A stretch of 64,000 nucleotides of DNA, taken from assembly GCA_965203965.1 (NCBI GenBank), contig CBDBDR010000017.1, forward strand, positions 928,911 to 992,910, given 5' to 3'. Shown here one piece after another: positions 31,737-43,108 of this stretch (its first letter is position 1; every line of letters begins with the position of its first letter). The notes beneath the pieces are model-generated. The model ran no database searches. It was not told where the DNA came from and was given only the letters and a program-made list of their open reading frames with translations. A program made the translations under genes and the position numbers. Source of the stretch: Thermodesulfobacteriota bacterium (lineage in GTDB: Bacteria > Desulfobacterota_D > UBA1144 > Nemesobacterales > JAJCZQ01).

Positions 31737-32687
31737 TTACCACAAAATAGCCCAAAGATAAACCACGTAGTAAATAAGCAATAAAATCCCGCAAAGTCTT
31801 GAGAGACTTTTACCGACACACATCATCAGGTAAACCAACAAACTTAATGCGAGCATTACGGGTAAATCAAACTTAACTGCAGATAGGTTTACATTAATTG
31901 GGCTTATCAATACAACAAGTCCGAGTATTCCAAGATTAAAAATATTACTTCCTATCACATTGCCAACAATTATTTCATGCTCTTTTTTTAATGAAGCAAT
32001 TACGGCAGTTGAGAGTTCCGGCAAGGAAGTGCCAACTGCGATTATCGTAAGACCTACAAGAAGCTCGCTAACACCAAACGATCTGGCAAATATTATTGCC
32101 TGATCAACAGTTACACGAGCACCTACAAGGAGTAGTGCCAATCCAATCAAAATAATCAAAAGCTGAAACAGTGATTTTTTTGCGAAAATACTCGGCACAC
32201 TACTTTGAACATCTTCATTTTTTGATCTTAAATTCGTGAAATATAGATAAACGATTATTGCTATGAGAAACAAAAAGAGAATTGAACCTTCTACTCGTCC
32301 CATACTGCTATTCAGGGAAAAAATAAAGCAAAGAACGCTCAAAGCTATCATAAAAGGTGTATGTATTTTCAGAATTGACGACTCAATCTTGACAGGTCTT
32401 ATAACCGAAGACACTCCAAGAATTAATGCAATATTGGAGATATTACTCCCGATAATATTCCCAATTGTTATATCACCTGAGCCTTCTAACGCAGCTATAA
32501 GACAAACTATAAACTCAGGTGATGAAGTGCCAAACGCTACAATGGTAAGCCCAACTACTACTGGATTTATTCCAATCCCTCTGGCAAACCCCGAAGAGCC
32601 CCTTACCAGCATTTCGCCTCCGGCAATCAACCCAGCAATACCAAGAATGAACAAGGCTATACTGACAAACAAAGCAGAACTAATCAT
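31737..32687 (-). CDS. CaCA-family Na+/Ca2+ exchanger (YrbG-like)
   Basis: Ten-TM protein with two alpha-repeat regions (GSSGFARGIG... and GTSLPELSTAV). Confidence 0.8.
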   Translation of the reverse strand: MISSALFVSIALFILGIAGLIAGGEMLVRGSSGFARGIGINPVVVGLTIVAFGTSSPEFIVCLIAALEGSGDITIGNIIGSNISNIALILGVSSVIRPVKIESSILKIHTPFMIALSVLCFIFSLNSSMGRVEGSILFLFLIAIIVYLYFTNLRSKNEDVQSSVPSIFAKKSLFQLLIILIGLALLLVGARVTVDQAIIFARSFGVSELLVGLTIIAVGTSLPELSTAVIASLKKEHEIIVGNVIGSNIFNLGILGLVVLISPINVNLSAVKFDLPVMLALSLLVYLMMCVGKSLSRLCGILLLIYYVVYLWAILW

Positions 32688-33123
32688 TTAAGTGTTTGAA
32701 ATTTAAGAGATGCAAATTTGATACCCGAATTTTTATCGGATGTTCACTATTCTTTTATATTCATCTATACTAACCTGTAATTCAAACCAATCAGCAAATC
32801 ATAATTGTTATCTGCATTTAATCAAATCTCTACCTATGAACAAACTAAGAGAAACATTAGAAGAAACGCTAAAGTGCGAAAAGGTATTTTTAGATAGTGA
32901 AACTGATTAAGTTGATTATAGACCAACTAACCACCAAATCCGTACAAGATGCACATTGTTCAAACAGTAGAATAAATAAGCATCTGGGCTGAAGACATGT
33001 CCATCCACCACAATTATTGAAATTATTCCGTTTTTGAGATAAACTGACTTTTTACAGTTTTAATTCAGAGAGTTTTAGAATAGTTTCTTTGAATTTGTCA
33101 ACTATCTAATTAGGAGGAAAAGA

Positions 33124-34845
33124 ATGCGTCTATTATTCAGACCAAGAGATCCCAAATATACAGGCAGTGGAAATCTACCGTTCGGTAATTTTGAAAATAC
33201 CCTTGAATGGAAACCTATAACAAACTGTCTGGAACAAGGAGCAGAAATATTTCCCGAAAAACCAATGTTCAAAGTCGGCGACAGAGACGGGAACGTAGTT
33301 GAATCTTATACTTATAAAGAAACAAACGACTGGTCAAACAGAGTTTCAAACGGATTGATTAAAGATTTTGGCGTTTGTAAAGGTGATAAAGTCGGTATGT
33401 ATATGCTCAACTGCTCGCAGTACGTAGTATCAATAATTGCTATTCACAAAGCAGGTGCAGTTCAGGTTCCCATTAACAAGGATGAAAAAGGCGAGAGGCT
33501 TGCTTATGTAATTAACTATTCAGAGATGAAATCTCTCATAATTGATCAGGGCAGCATAGAATTTTTGGAAGAGATAGCAGACAGTATAGAAAATCTTGAG
33601 GTTATTTTTGTAACTTCCGACAGTACTCCTGAAAAAATAGGCAATATAAAAGTCCTTCCTTTTTCAGAATTTAATAATTATGACTCCAGCAATCCCGGAG
33701 TGGAAGTTTTATCGGATGATATGGAAAGATGTATGTTTACCTCCGGTACTACGGGCATGCCAAAGGGTGTTGCACGGGACCACGGAGGTGTAGTTATGAC
33801 GGTGCGCAGCTATTTACAACAACAGGGTGTAAGGAGCGAAGATACTCTTATGAGCGTCCTATCACTTGGACATGCCAATGCACAGGTTATGTGTCTTTTC
33901 AGTGCCATGGGTGCTGGTGCGACAGCAGTATTTTTCCCAAGGTTTTCAGCATCCAACTTCTGGAAATGGGCAACCAACTGCGAGGCAACATGCGTAAACA
34001 TGTTGGGTGCCGTAGCTGAATATCTGTGGGCTGCATCTGAATCAGAATGGGATAAGAAACATAAAGTCAGAATTATGCTTGGTTCTCCGGCTCCGAGGAA
34101 TCTGCCGGAGTTTCAGGAGAGATTTGGAGTTAGGGTAATTGACGGCTACGGATCAACTGAAATGGGCATGGTTCTCTGGAAAGACCCCGAAGACCATAGG
34201 ACTGGATCTTCCGGTTTTGCCATGGAAGGTTACTATGTTGAGTTGAGAAATCCTGAAAATACGGATGAAGTGGTAAGACCTTTTTGGAATCCAACAGACG
34301 ACATAACTCCCCCAGATGATGCAAAGGGTCTCTTGTTTATCAAACCCCTTGTTCCACACACAACACTGAACGAGTATTTTAAGGACGAGAGAAGAACGAG
34401 AGAAGCATTTGATGATGAGGGATTTTTTAATTCAGATGATATTTTTGCAAGAGGAATAGATGGAAGATACTACTTTGTGGGAAGATATAGCAGGATAAGG
34501 GTTTCAGGCGAAAACGTGGATCCGGTTGCAGTGCAAGACGTCGCAAACGAATACCCCGCAATACAAGAAGCAATCGCCGTGGGAATTAGACTTCCAAATG
34601 TTTCAGATGATGAGATTAAACTCTGCGTTACAGTTAAGCAGGGTGAAAATTTCGATCCGGTTGAGTTCAGCCACTGGATGGCAGAAAAAGTTATGGTTGC
34701 CATGGTTCCAAGATTTATTGAGATATATGAAGATGGTTTCCCTGTAACGGCAACACAGAAAATAAAGGTTGCCGAGATTAAGGAAATAACAGACAAGACA
34801 TGGGACAGAAACAAAGCCGGTATAAAATTTAGTGCAAGAAAATAA
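33124..34845 (+). CDS. CaiC-like AMP-dependent acyl-CoA ligase (ANL superfamily), paralog 2
   Basis: Colinear with 30007-31731 and roughly 60-65% identical by eye (MRLLFRPRDPKYTGSGNLPFG, FTSGTTGMPKGV, GRYSRIRVSGENV). Preceded by AGGAGG. Confidence 0.8.
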   Translation: MRLLFRPRDPKYTGSGNLPFGNFENTLEWKPITNCLEQGAEIFPEKPMFKVGDRDGNVVESYTYKETNDWSNRVSNGLIKDFGVCKGDKVGMYMLNCSQYVVSIIAIHKAGAVQVPINKDEKGERLAYVINYSEMKSLIIDQGSIEFLEEIADSIENLEVIFVTSDSTPEKIGNIKVLPFSEFNNYDSSNPGVEVLSDDMERCMFTSGTTGMPKGVARDHGGVVMTVRSYLQQQGVRSEDTLMSVLSLGHANAQVMCLFSAMGAGATAVFFPRFSASNFWKWATNCEATCVNMLGAVAEYLWAASESEWDKKHKVRIMLGSPAPRNLPEFQERFGVRVIDGYGSTEMGMVLWKDPEDHRTGSSGFAMEGYYVELRNPENTDEVVRPFWNPTDDITPPDDAKGLLFIKPLVPHTTLNEYFKDERRTREAFDDEGFFNSDDIFARGIDGRYYFVGRYSRIRVSGENVDPVAVQDVANEYPAIQEAIAVGIRLPNVSDDEIKLCVTVKQGENFDPVEFSHWMAEKVMVAMVPRFIEIYEDGFPVTATQKIKVAEIKEITDKTWDRNKAGIKFSARK

Positions 34846-35310
34846 GTGGAACTAAATCTGGATGAAAAATTTATGCGCCTTGCACTTAAGGAAGCAGAAG
34901 AGGCAAGGCGCCTGAATGAAATCCCGGTGGGTGCCGTTTTAACTGATAAAGATCATAATATTATTTCAAAAGCTCACAACCTTAGGGAGTCCACGCAAAA
35001 TCCACTTTCTCATGCCGAAATTCTAGTTATTGAACAAGCCTCAAAAAAACTGAACAGTTGGAGACTTCTCAATACTACTCTATACGTTACTCTGGAACCG
35101 TGCGTTATGTGCATGGGAGCTATAGTAACCTCTCGTATTGAAACAGTTGTATTTGGAACGACTGATCCAAAAGCCGGTGCACTGGTGAGTAACTATAAAA
35201 TCGGTCTAGATAAAAAATCCAATCACTCAATTAATTACAGGAAGGAAATTCTTGCCGATAAATGCAATCGGTTGCTAAAAGAATTCTTTAACAAGTTGAG
35301 AAATAAGTAA
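34846..35310 (+). CDS. tadA: tRNA-specific adenosine deaminase
   Basis: CDA fold with HAEILVI and PCVMC zinc ligands. The GTG start abuts the ligase stop; an alternative ATG is at 34873. Confidence 0.85.
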   Translation: MELNLDEKFMRLALKEAEEARRLNEIPVGAVLTDKDHNIISKAHNLRESTQNPLSHAEILVIEQASKKLNSWRLLNTTLYVTLEPCVMCMGAIVTSRIETVVFGTTDPKAGALVSNYKIGLDKKSNHSINYRKEILADKCNRLLKEFFNKLRNK

Positions 35311-35408
35311 CCATTTAAGAAACAAACCATTATTATCTATTATTTTCAAAAACTCCGTTTTCAGAATCCCTGCTTGCCCATACTACAAAAGCTAACAAAC
35401 AAAAGTGG

Positions 35409-36080
35409 TTAGTTTCTGTTGTCTGCCGATTTTAGCAATATTTTCTTGGAATTACCATCAGCAACAGTTTCAAATATAATATCACTCTGTCTTCTAAGGA
35501 CAATATAAGCCAAACGCCTTTCAGTGGCAGACATCTGGTTTAAATAAAGTTTTTTCTTTGTTTTTCTTACTTCGTGAACTGCATCCAACACTACTTTATT
35601 AATACTTTCTTCCTTTTTACTTATATATCCACCAACATCTATGTAGACCTTTTTATTCCTGTTCATCTTACAGTTATTCGCTGCCATTCTGCTAACAAGA
35701 TGTTCAAGAGCTCTCAGAGTTTCACCTCGCCTACCGATCAACAGACCCTTTTCGCTACTCATATTAATATCCAGTTTGATCACGTCCGAATCCTCTCTAA
35801 GGACAACTGAATAAGTAGATATAAGATAATTCAGTATGCTTTCCAGTGCCTTCTTAGCTTTTAATCCCTTTTCGCTGACGACATCGCTTGCAACTGTTAC
35901 CTTCACCCTTGCAAGTCTTTCTCCAACCCCGAACACTCCTCTTGATGCTTCCCGTATAACTTCAATTTCAACTTCATTTCTTGATATACCCAACTCCTCA
36001 CACGCACTTATTATTGCTTCAGATACCGTTTTGCCCTCTTTTTCAATTGCAATTGCCATTTCTTTATACTCCTTTTTCAC
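35409..36080 (-). CDS. jag: Jag/KhpB RNA-binding protein (Jag_N, KH and R3H domains)
   Basis: Domain order and its position downstream of yidC. Confidence 0.8.
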   Translation of the reverse strand: MKKEYKEMAIAIEKEGKTVSEAIISACEELGISRNEVEIEVIREASRGVFGVGERLARVKVTVASDVVSEKGLKAKKALESILNYLISTYSVVLREDSDVIKLDINMSSEKGLLIGRRGETLRALEHLVSRMAANNCKMNRNKKVYIDVGGYISKKEESINKVVLDAVHEVRKTKKKLYLNQMSATERRLAYIVLRRQSDIIFETVADGNSKKILLKSADNRN

Positions 36081-37773
36081 CGGCGTGAACAGTTCTGTTG
36101 ATATATACCTGTTGACCTATGGAAAGAATATTACTTACAGTCCAATACAGTATCAACCCCGAAGGCAATCCCCAAAACATAACCGTAAATACGATCGGCA
36201 GAAACTGCATAATCTTCATTTGCAACTCCATGCTCTCACTCGTAGGGGCAACGTTTGTCGGTGTCATTTTCTGAGAAACAAACCACGATATGCCCATTGC
36301 CAAAGGTAGTATTCTAAAAGGAAGAACAAAATCTCCGAATATTGGTATATCAAACAAGTATTCAGGCTCCGCAAGGTCTCTTATCCACAGGAAAGAGCTT
36401 TGTCTTAAATCTATTGAATACAAAAGCACATCGTATAATGCCACAAAAACTGGTAGCTGAAGCAACAATGGAAAACATCCTCCAAGACTGCTTAAAGGAT
36501 TAACCCCGTGACCGGTGTAAAGTTTCATAAGTTCTGTATTCTGTTTTGTCTTATCATCTTTGTATTTCTCTTTCATTGCATCAATTTTAGGTTTAAGTTC
36601 TACCATCTTTGCTTGCATTGCTTTCATAGATCTCATGCTCTTCAGCGTTAGGGGAAGGAACAAGACACGCAGTATCACCGTGATAGCAATAATAGAGATG
36701 CCGTAATTGTGAAATACAGAGTTCAATATCTTCAAAAATCTTAAAGCCAATTTTGCAAGAAAACTTATCCATCCGTAGTTTATTGACTGCTCCAAACCGT
36801 AACCAACGGACTTTAAATTTTCTGGCTCCTTCGGACCAATGTAAAACTTCCATTTTGTTGTATTACTGTAACCACTGTTAACACTATCTTCGGGATAGGA
36901 AAATTCTGCATTTACCAGACCTTTTTTCTCTATACTGTTAATCAGTACCGAACTGTTACTTCCCGTTTCCGGTATAACTGCGGTAAGAAAATACTTGTCT
37001 CCAAATCCAAACCAATTTACCTGTCCGCTCACTCGCTCGGACTGACTTGGAGGTTTTGAGATTTTTCTGAGTTCATTATTGACAAAAACATACAACTCAT
37101 TGCTGCTCTCACCTCTACCCTGAGCTTCTATCTTTCCAAATGTCTGAAAATCAATATTGAAATCTTGTTTGACGGCGCTTTTATTGTTTACGGTAATAGA
37201 TTCTTCAATTAAATAGTTTTCGGCATCAAATTCTATTGTTTTTACTACTTCTACACCACTATTGCTCAAGTATTTCAGGGTTATACCCTTGTTTTCATTA
37301 TCAAGCTCTATGTTGTCGTTACCACTAAATTGGTAGGGAATTAGAGAAGGTATTGCATGCTGTTTTAAATTAACCGTGGAAAAAATCCGGTTCTTTCCAT
37401 TTATCAAATTCACAGACGGCGAATCCTCTTCGGTAGTCTGATTGTAGTCTTTAAGTTTCCATTCCATTACTCTTCCGCCCAATGCATCTATTTTTGCTTC
37501 ATAGAGAGAAGAGGTAACGTCTATAACCGCTCCCTGAAAATTGTTCTGAACAAGCGACTTGTATTTTACGGAACTATCGGAAGGTGCCGATTCTTTTACC
37601 AGCGACTGCTGAGTTTGTTGAGAAACTGGAGGAGTCTGACTGTTCTTTTGTTGTGGCTTATTACCAAAAAGATACTGGAATCCAAAGATAACAATGAATG
37701 AAAGAACCAGGAATATAACGTAGTTAAATGTTAACTTGCTATTCATCTTCTTTAATTGCCGGATCATAACCAC
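36064..37773 (-). CDS. yidC: membrane protein insertase YidC
   Basis: Large periplasmic domain plus a conserved C-terminal five-TM core. Confidence 0.9.
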   Translation of the reverse strand: MVMIRQLKKMNSKLTFNYVIFLVLSFIVIFGFQYLFGNKPQQKNSQTPPVSQQTQQSLVKESAPSDSSVKYKSLVQNNFQGAVIDVTSSLYEAKIDALGGRVMEWKLKDYNQTTEEDSPSVNLINGKNRIFSTVNLKQHAIPSLIPYQFSGNDNIELDNENKGITLKYLSNSGVEVVKTIEFDAENYLIEESITVNNKSAVKQDFNIDFQTFGKIEAQGRGESSNELYVFVNNELRKISKPPSQSERVSGQVNWFGFGDKYFLTAVIPETGSNSSVLINSIEKKGLVNAEFSYPEDSVNSGYSNTTKWKFYIGPKEPENLKSVGYGLEQSINYGWISFLAKLALRFLKILNSVFHNYGISIIAITVILRVLFLPLTLKSMRSMKAMQAKMVELKPKIDAMKEKYKDDKTKQNTELMKLYTGHGVNPLSSLGGCFPLLLQLPVFVALYDVLLYSIDLRQSSFLWIRDLAEPEYLFDIPIFGDFVLPFRILPLAMGISWFVSQKMTPTNVAPTSESMELQMKIMQFLPIVFTVMFWGLPSGLILYWTVSNILSIGQQVYINRTVHAGEKGV

Positions 37774-37984
37774 CGGAACATAAGGGATTACATTTTATTA
37801 TCCTTTTGAAACTCATCCATATTCCCGCAAAAAATCCATACTCAAGCAATGATAGCCTGGAGTATTCAGAGCAGGAAGGATAAAACCTACAGGAATTAGG
37901 TAATAAAGGGGAAATAACCAACTTATAGGATTTAATAATTAACAACAAAAGTTTTAAGCAAACCTGCTCAATCATCTCTGCCAA
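37739..37984 (-). CDS. yidD: membrane protein insertion efficiency factor YidD
   Basis: Carries the YidD signature [22 protein letters not shown]. Confidence 0.85.
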   Translation of the reverse strand: MAEMIEQVCLKLLLLIIKSYKLVISPLLPNSCRFYPSCSEYSRLSLLEYGFFAGIWMSFKRIIKCNPLCSGGYDPAIKEDE

Positions 37985-38333
37985 ATCTTTTGGAATGTTT
38001 TATATCTTCCTCGATCATTTCCGGCTTCCAACTTGAAATATTTTTTTTGCATATAAACAAAATGTCTTTGGAGCCCCAAAAGGATTTATTACTCCTGAAA
38101 CACTCTCTAAAAAGTCGCTTGACTCTGTTTCTTACAACAGCCTTTTTTGAAATCTTTTTGCTGACAATATATCCAACTCTGGAGTAACCTAAGTTATTAG
38201 AACTATACAATAAATCAAAACTCTTGAGCCTAACTCTCTTCCCGGATTTTAATAATTGCTCAAAATCTTTATTTCTGTGTAAAACTCGCCACTTCGGGAG
38301 ATTATTACCCAAACCCCCTTTTATTTTTTCCAT
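37968..38333 (-). CDS. rnpA: ribonuclease P protein component
   Basis: Basic 121 aa protein with the RNR-like motif [12 protein letters not shown]. Sits between rpmH and yidD. Confidence 0.85.
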   Translation of the reverse strand: MEKIKGGLGNNLPKWRVLHRNKDFEQLLKSGKRVRLKSFDLLYSSNNLGYSRVGYIVSKKISKKAVVRNRVKRLFRECFRSNKSFWGSKDILFICKKNISSWKPEMIEEDIKHSKRFGRDD

Positions 38334-38470
38334 TTTTGCACGGTGAGGACGTGCCTACCTTTCGCCAATCTTCTCTTTAGAACGCGTCTTCCTGCTTTAG
38401 TCCCGATTCTTTCACGAAACCCATGAGTTCTCATTCGTTTTTTTACGTGTGGTTGATATGTCCTTTTCAT
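38321..38470 (-). CDS. rpmH: 50S ribosomal protein L34
   Basis: Absent from the ORF track because it is under 60 aa. Reverse-strand translation [49 protein letters not shown] matches the L34 consensus MKRTFQPS..KR.R.HGFR.RM.T..GR.VL..RR.KGR. Its stop overlaps the rnpA start. Confidence 0.85.
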   Translation of the reverse strand: MKRTYQPHVKKRMRTHGFRERIGTKAGRRVLKRRLAKGRHVLTVQKWKK

Positions 38471-38677
38471 CTCTATTTCGGTTCCTAAAACTAACATTAT
38501 TTATTTTGTTGGTCAAGAAAACGTGTTACATCATTTTGCTGTATCACCTACCAAATTAAAGTAAAATCAAAGACGGTTCAACAAAATATTTTTGAGTTGT
38601 ATAAATATTTTTTATGTGCTATTAATAAAATCAGATAGGATGAGGAATGTTAGACTCATAAAATATATATCAGATAA

Positions 38678-39373
38678 ATGAAAGAAAATACAAAATATAT
38701 TTTTACAAGATCGTTAGTTTGCATGAAAGCTAAAAGAGATCGTCTTTCCTCATATAAGGGTTTTTTTTATGCCTTTCTTTTTATATTGTTAATAAACTTA
38801 GCTGGCATTAGCTTTGTGCTGTTAAGCTCAGAAAACAAGGATATCCCCAGTAACAGAGCCAATATATCTAAAAAAATCAGCACACCTTATAACGTTTTTG
38901 ATGAAGAACTCGAGATATTCCAGAAAGTAATGGCAAGTTCCAATTTGAAGCCGGAAGTTGCAATGGATATTGCAAGTGTAATACACTCTAAAAGCAATGA
39001 GTATGGTATAGAACCTCTGCTGGTGCTGTCTGTAATTCAGACAGAAAGCAACTTTAGAACCAGTGTAAACTCGCATAAAGGTGCAAGAGGAATAATGCAA
39101 ATTATGCCCTTAACGGGTAGATACATAGCAAAAAAATACGGCATTCCTTTCAAAAACCACAAACAACTTTATAATCCTGTTACAAACATAGAGTTGGGCA
39201 TTGCATATCTTTCTTATCTTAACAATCGTTATGAGAATAACTTAGAATATGCCCTTTTTGCTTATAATCACGGACCTAAAAGTAGGAGCTATATTAAAAA
39301 AAAATTCATGAATTCCAAACCTCACTACGTTGAAAAGGTTATTAAGTCCAAACAGTTTTTTGAAAACCCCTAG
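38678..39373 (+). CDS. lytic transglycosylase (SLT domain) with N-terminal membrane anchor
   Basis: SLT-domain catalytic region ESNFRTSVNSHKGARGIMQIMP...YN and GIAYLSYL. Confidence 0.8.
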   Translation: MKENTKYIFTRSLVCMKAKRDRLSSYKGFFYAFLFILLINLAGISFVLLSSENKDIPSNRANISKKISTPYNVFDEELEIFQKVMASSNLKPEVAMDIASVIHSKSNEYGIEPLLVLSVIQTESNFRTSVNSHKGARGIMQIMPLTGRYIAKKYGIPFKNHKQLYNPVTNIELGIAYLSYLNNRYENNLEYALFAYNHGPKSRSYIKKKFMNSKPHYVEKVIKSKQFFENP

Positions 39374-39519
39374 GTAAGCCAGAAGAGACTATTAACAATT
39401 TAATACCTAAATTGATCACTCAGTTGAATCACGCAATCTTAAATTGACATTCGTGTACAATTTTTCATAATAATTATGCTGTTTAGTTTTTATCAAAAAC
39501 TCTGTTTCTACTATTAATC

Positions 39520-39738
39520 ATGATCTTGGAAGGTTTTAAATTAATAATTTTGGGAATGGTAATAGTTTATGTTTTTCTGATAGTTTTGCTTGGGTTAATC
39601 AGTCTTTCAGCAAAAACTCTTAAAAATCGAGTATCGGCAACTCCATCCAAGGGTTCATATTCCACAAGAAAAGACAATGACCTAATAGCGGTGCTTTCAG
39701 CTTCCATATCAGCTTATAGGAAAAAGAATTTAAGGTAG
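39520..39738 (+). CDS. oadG: Na+-translocating decarboxylase gamma subunit (OadG-like)
   Basis: 72 aa single-TM protein located immediately upstream of the alpha and beta subunit genes. Confidence 0.7.
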   Translation: MILEGFKLIILGMVIVYVFLIVLLGLISLSAKTLKNRVSATPSKGSYSTRKDNDLIAVLSASISAYRKKNLR

Positions 39739-39750
39739 TAGGGTGAAATT

Positions 39751-41553
39751 ATGAAAAAAATATTATTTCAGGATACCTCTTTCAGGGATGGGTTTCAATC
39801 GTTTTTTGGTGCAAGGGTACTGACCGAAGATTTTATTCCAGCCGTTCAGGCTGCCGCTCATGCAGGCATTACCCATTTTGAAGCAGGTGGGGGAGCAAGA
39901 TTTCAAAGCCTTTTTTTGTATTGTGGGGAATCTGCTTTTGATATGATGGATAAATTTCGCGAGGCTGTAGGTCCCGATGCAAACTTGCAAACACTCGCAA
40001 GGGGCATAAATGTTGTTGCGCTTTCACAACAACCCAAAGATATGATTGATCTTCACGCCAAAATGTTTAAGAAGCATGGTATCACTCATATAAGAAACTT
40101 TGACGCATTGAATGACGTTAGAAATCTTGAATATTCGGCAGAATGTATAAAAAATTCTGGACTACACCACCAAGCCGTCGTAACACTCATGGAACTTCCC
40201 CCGGGATGCGCCGGGGCGCATGACGTTGACTTTTACATAAAGACTTTAAGGCAAATATTAGACTCGGGACTACCTTTTGACTCAATTTGCTTTAAGGACG
40301 CTTCTGGAACATCAAAACCGAATAAAATTTATGAAACCATAAAAGCTGCCAGAAAACTGTTGGGCGATGATACAATCTTATGGATGCACACGCATGAAAC
40401 AGCCTCTCAAGGCGTTTCCCAATACCTCGCAGCTATAAACGGCGGATGTGACGGTATATGCGTGGCGAGGTCTCCGGTTTCCGGTGGAACCTCACAACCC
40501 GATCTGATCTCTATGTGGAATGCACTGAAGGACACTGAATACACTCTCGACATAGACGTAAATAAAATACTTGAAGCAAATTCAGTTTTTAAAGAGCAGA
40601 TGAAAGACTATTACTTTCCTCCTGAGGCTTTAAAGGTCTCTTCAGAAGTGCTCGTGTCTCCTATGCCAGGGGGTGCACTAACAGCCAATACAATGATGAT
40701 GAGAGATACAGGCACTCTGCACCTGTATCCCCAAGTGATTGACGCAATGTCTGAATGTGTTGCAAAAGGAGGATTTGGAACATCAGTCACGCCGGTTTCA
40801 CAGTTCTATTTTCAACAGGCTTATACAAATGTAACGCAAGGAACATGGAAAAAAATAACCGAAGGTTATGGAAACATGGTCTTGGGTTATTTCGGAAGAA
40901 CACCTGTAGAACCTGACCCAGAAGTTGTGAAAATAGCCGAAGAGCAAATGGGAAAACCGAGATTTAAAGGTAATCCACTTGATATACTTGACCCGGGCAT
41001 ACCAAAAGCAAAAACAACACTTGAACAAAATGGGTTAGAGGTCAATGATGAGAATGTATTTATAGTTGGTGCATTGGAAACTCCAGGAGGAAACAAAGGT
41101 TTAGAATTTCTCAAAGGCAATTTTTCAATCAACGTCAGAAAAGATACAGACGAGAAAACCTCTCAGGCAGCACCAAAAGTAAAAACGCCTTCATCATCCA
41201 AAACTGAAAATTTTGTAATTAATGTTGACGGTAAAGACTATAAAGTAAGGGTCAGGGAAGGAACAGCAGATATAAAAGATGTAGTTAAGATGAAAGACCC
41301 CGAATCAAAACCTCAATCGGCAAATTCGGGCGATACCGTTGAAGTTATGTCAAGCGTTCCTGGAAATATATACAAGGTGGCAGTCAATATAGGAGATGAG
41401 GTTAGTGAGAATGACACCCTGATAGTTCTTGAAGCTATGAAAATGGAAACACCCGTAGCTTCACCGTGTAAAGGGGAAATAGCCTCAATAGAAGTGGCAC
41501 AGGGAGATGTTGTGGAAGCCGGACAAACTTTGCTAACAATAATACCGTCTTAG
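39751..41553 (+). CDS. oadA: oxaloacetate decarboxylase alpha subunit (carboxyltransferase + biotinyl carrier domain)
   Basis: Pyruvate-carboxylase-type carboxyltransferase TIM barrel followed by a C-terminal biotinyl domain with EAMKME. Confidence 0.85.
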   Translation: MKKILFQDTSFRDGFQSFFGARVLTEDFIPAVQAAAHAGITHFEAGGGARFQSLFLYCGESAFDMMDKFREAVGPDANLQTLARGINVVALSQQPKDMIDLHAKMFKKHGITHIRNFDALNDVRNLEYSAECIKNSGLHHQAVVTLMELPPGCAGAHDVDFYIKTLRQILDSGLPFDSICFKDASGTSKPNKIYETIKAARKLLGDDTILWMHTHETASQGVSQYLAAINGGCDGICVARSPVSGGTSQPDLISMWNALKDTEYTLDIDVNKILEANSVFKEQMKDYYFPPEALKVSSEVLVSPMPGGALTANTMMMRDTGTLHLYPQVIDAMSECVAKGGFGTSVTPVSQFYFQQAYTNVTQGTWKKITEGYGNMVLGYFGRTPVEPDPEVVKIAEEQMGKPRFKGNPLDILDPGIPKAKTTLEQNGLEVNDENVFIVGALETPGGNKGLEFLKGNFSINVRKDTDEKTSQAAPKVKTPSSSKTENFVINVDGKDYKVRVREGTADIKDVVKMKDPESKPQSANSGDTVEVMSSVPGNIYKVAVNIGDEVSENDTLIVLEAMKMETPVASPCKGEIASIEVAQGDVVEAGQTLLTIIPS

Positions 41554-41562
41554 ATTCAGATA

Positions 41563-42861
41563 ATGAAAATTGTAGCTTTTCTGCTCTTTATACTAATTCC
41601 GCTCGGGCTGCTTATGGGCAATTCCACCTATGGATCTAAAACAGATCCAAGTATTGAAATATCCAGTCAGGAAGAAAATCCATCCTTACCTACTTTCGGA
41701 AAGCTCATATCAAACATAGCCGAATCCACTGGTATAAGTGGATTTATTCAGGGGAATAAGTATTCATGGACAGATGGTTTGGGACGGCTGATTATGATAT
41801 TTGTCGGCTTTCTGCTCCTTTATCTGGGAATCGCAAAGAAATTTGAACCATTGCTACTTGTAACCATCGCATTCGGCTGCATTTTATCAAACATCCCGCT
41901 CGCCGGAATAAGCGAACCGGGAGGGGTTCTTTACTACGTATACGATATAGGAATTAAAACCGGTATTTTCCCGTTAATAATTTTTATGGGAGTTGGGGCA
42001 TTAACCGATTTTGGGCCTCTACTCGCAAACCCCAAAACAATCCTGCTGGGGGGAGCTGCACAGTTTGGAATTTTTACAACGCTTGTGGGAGCCCTTGCAC
42101 TTTCAGAATATGTTCCAGGAATTGACTTTTCATTCAAGGATGCCGCTTCAATAGGCATAATAGGCGGTGCAGATGGTCCTACTGCAATCTATCTGTCGTC
42201 CCAGCTTTCTCCCAGACTCCTGGGAGCAATATCCGTAGCTGCATATTCATACATGGCACTTGTTCCTATAATTCAACCTCCAATAATGAAACTTCTAACA
42301 ACACAGGAAGAAAGAAAAATCAGAATGAAACAGCTAAGGCCTGTTGGAAAAGCCGAGAGAGTAATATTCCCCCTTATGGCTTTAACTCTCTGTGCTTTGC
42401 TGTTACCTTCCGCTGCACCTCTTATTGGATTTTTTATGTTTGGTAACTTAATGAGAGAGTGTGGAGTGGTTGAAAGGTTATCTGACACCACACGTAATGC
42501 ACTGATAAACATAACAACAATTTTTCTGGGTCTTGGAGTTGGTTCACAGCTACTGGCAAAGGAGTTTTTATCACTTGAGACACTGGGGATTTTATTGCTT
42601 GGAATCATTGCTTTCAGTATAGGCACAGCTTCAGGAATACTGATGGCAAAACTTATGAACTTTTTCTCTTCAACAAAGGTCAACCCGTTAATTGGCTCCG
42701 CTGGCGTTTCAGCTGTCCCCATGGCGGCAAGAGTCTCTCAAGATGTTGGTTCCAGAGAGGACCCTCAAAACGTTCTCCTAATGCACGCAATGGGACCAAA
42801 TGTTGCAGGCGTGGTAGGATCAGCAGTTGCGGCGGGAATGCTCCTCGCCGTCTTTCAGTAA
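41563..42861 (+). CDS. oadB: Na+-translocating decarboxylase beta subunit
   Basis: Polytopic membrane protein of the OadB/MmdB/GcdB family, directly after oadA. Confidence 0.85.
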   Translation: MKIVAFLLFILIPLGLLMGNSTYGSKTDPSIEISSQEENPSLPTFGKLISNIAESTGISGFIQGNKYSWTDGLGRLIMIFVGFLLLYLGIAKKFEPLLLVTIAFGCILSNIPLAGISEPGGVLYYVYDIGIKTGIFPLIIFMGVGALTDFGPLLANPKTILLGGAAQFGIFTTLVGALALSEYVPGIDFSFKDAASIGIIGGADGPTAIYLSSQLSPRLLGAISVAAYSYMALVPIIQPPIMKLLTTQEERKIRMKQLRPVGKAERVIFPLMALTLCALLLPSAAPLIGFFMFGNLMRECGVVERLSDTTRNALINITTIFLGLGVGSQLLAKEFLSLETLGILLLGIIAFSIGTASGILMAKLMNFFSSTKVNPLIGSAGVSAVPMAARVSQDVGSREDPQNVLLMHAMGPNVAGVVGSAVAAGMLLAVFQ

Positions 42862-43108
42862 ACAACAAAGTGGGAAATTGTTGAAGCTACTCCAATTTTC
42901 CTCCAACTGTTGCAACAAATAATTTCATTCTTTCACCAGATCAATTTCAAATAAGGACACAAAGGTTCATTTTGTGAACAGTTTTAGGAATAGCGATGTA
43001 ATGATGTAATTACAGCAAAAAATAAAAAGAATGCAGAATTATTACCTATAATGAAAAGCACAATACCAAAATAATTGAGGCACTTTAGATTAGACCAATA
43101 AATACTAC

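Noticed and set aside
38471-38677. Replication origin (oriC) upstream of rpmH
   Set aside because: The region is AT-rich, but I could not find canonical DnaA boxes and dnaA is absent, so no origin is called.
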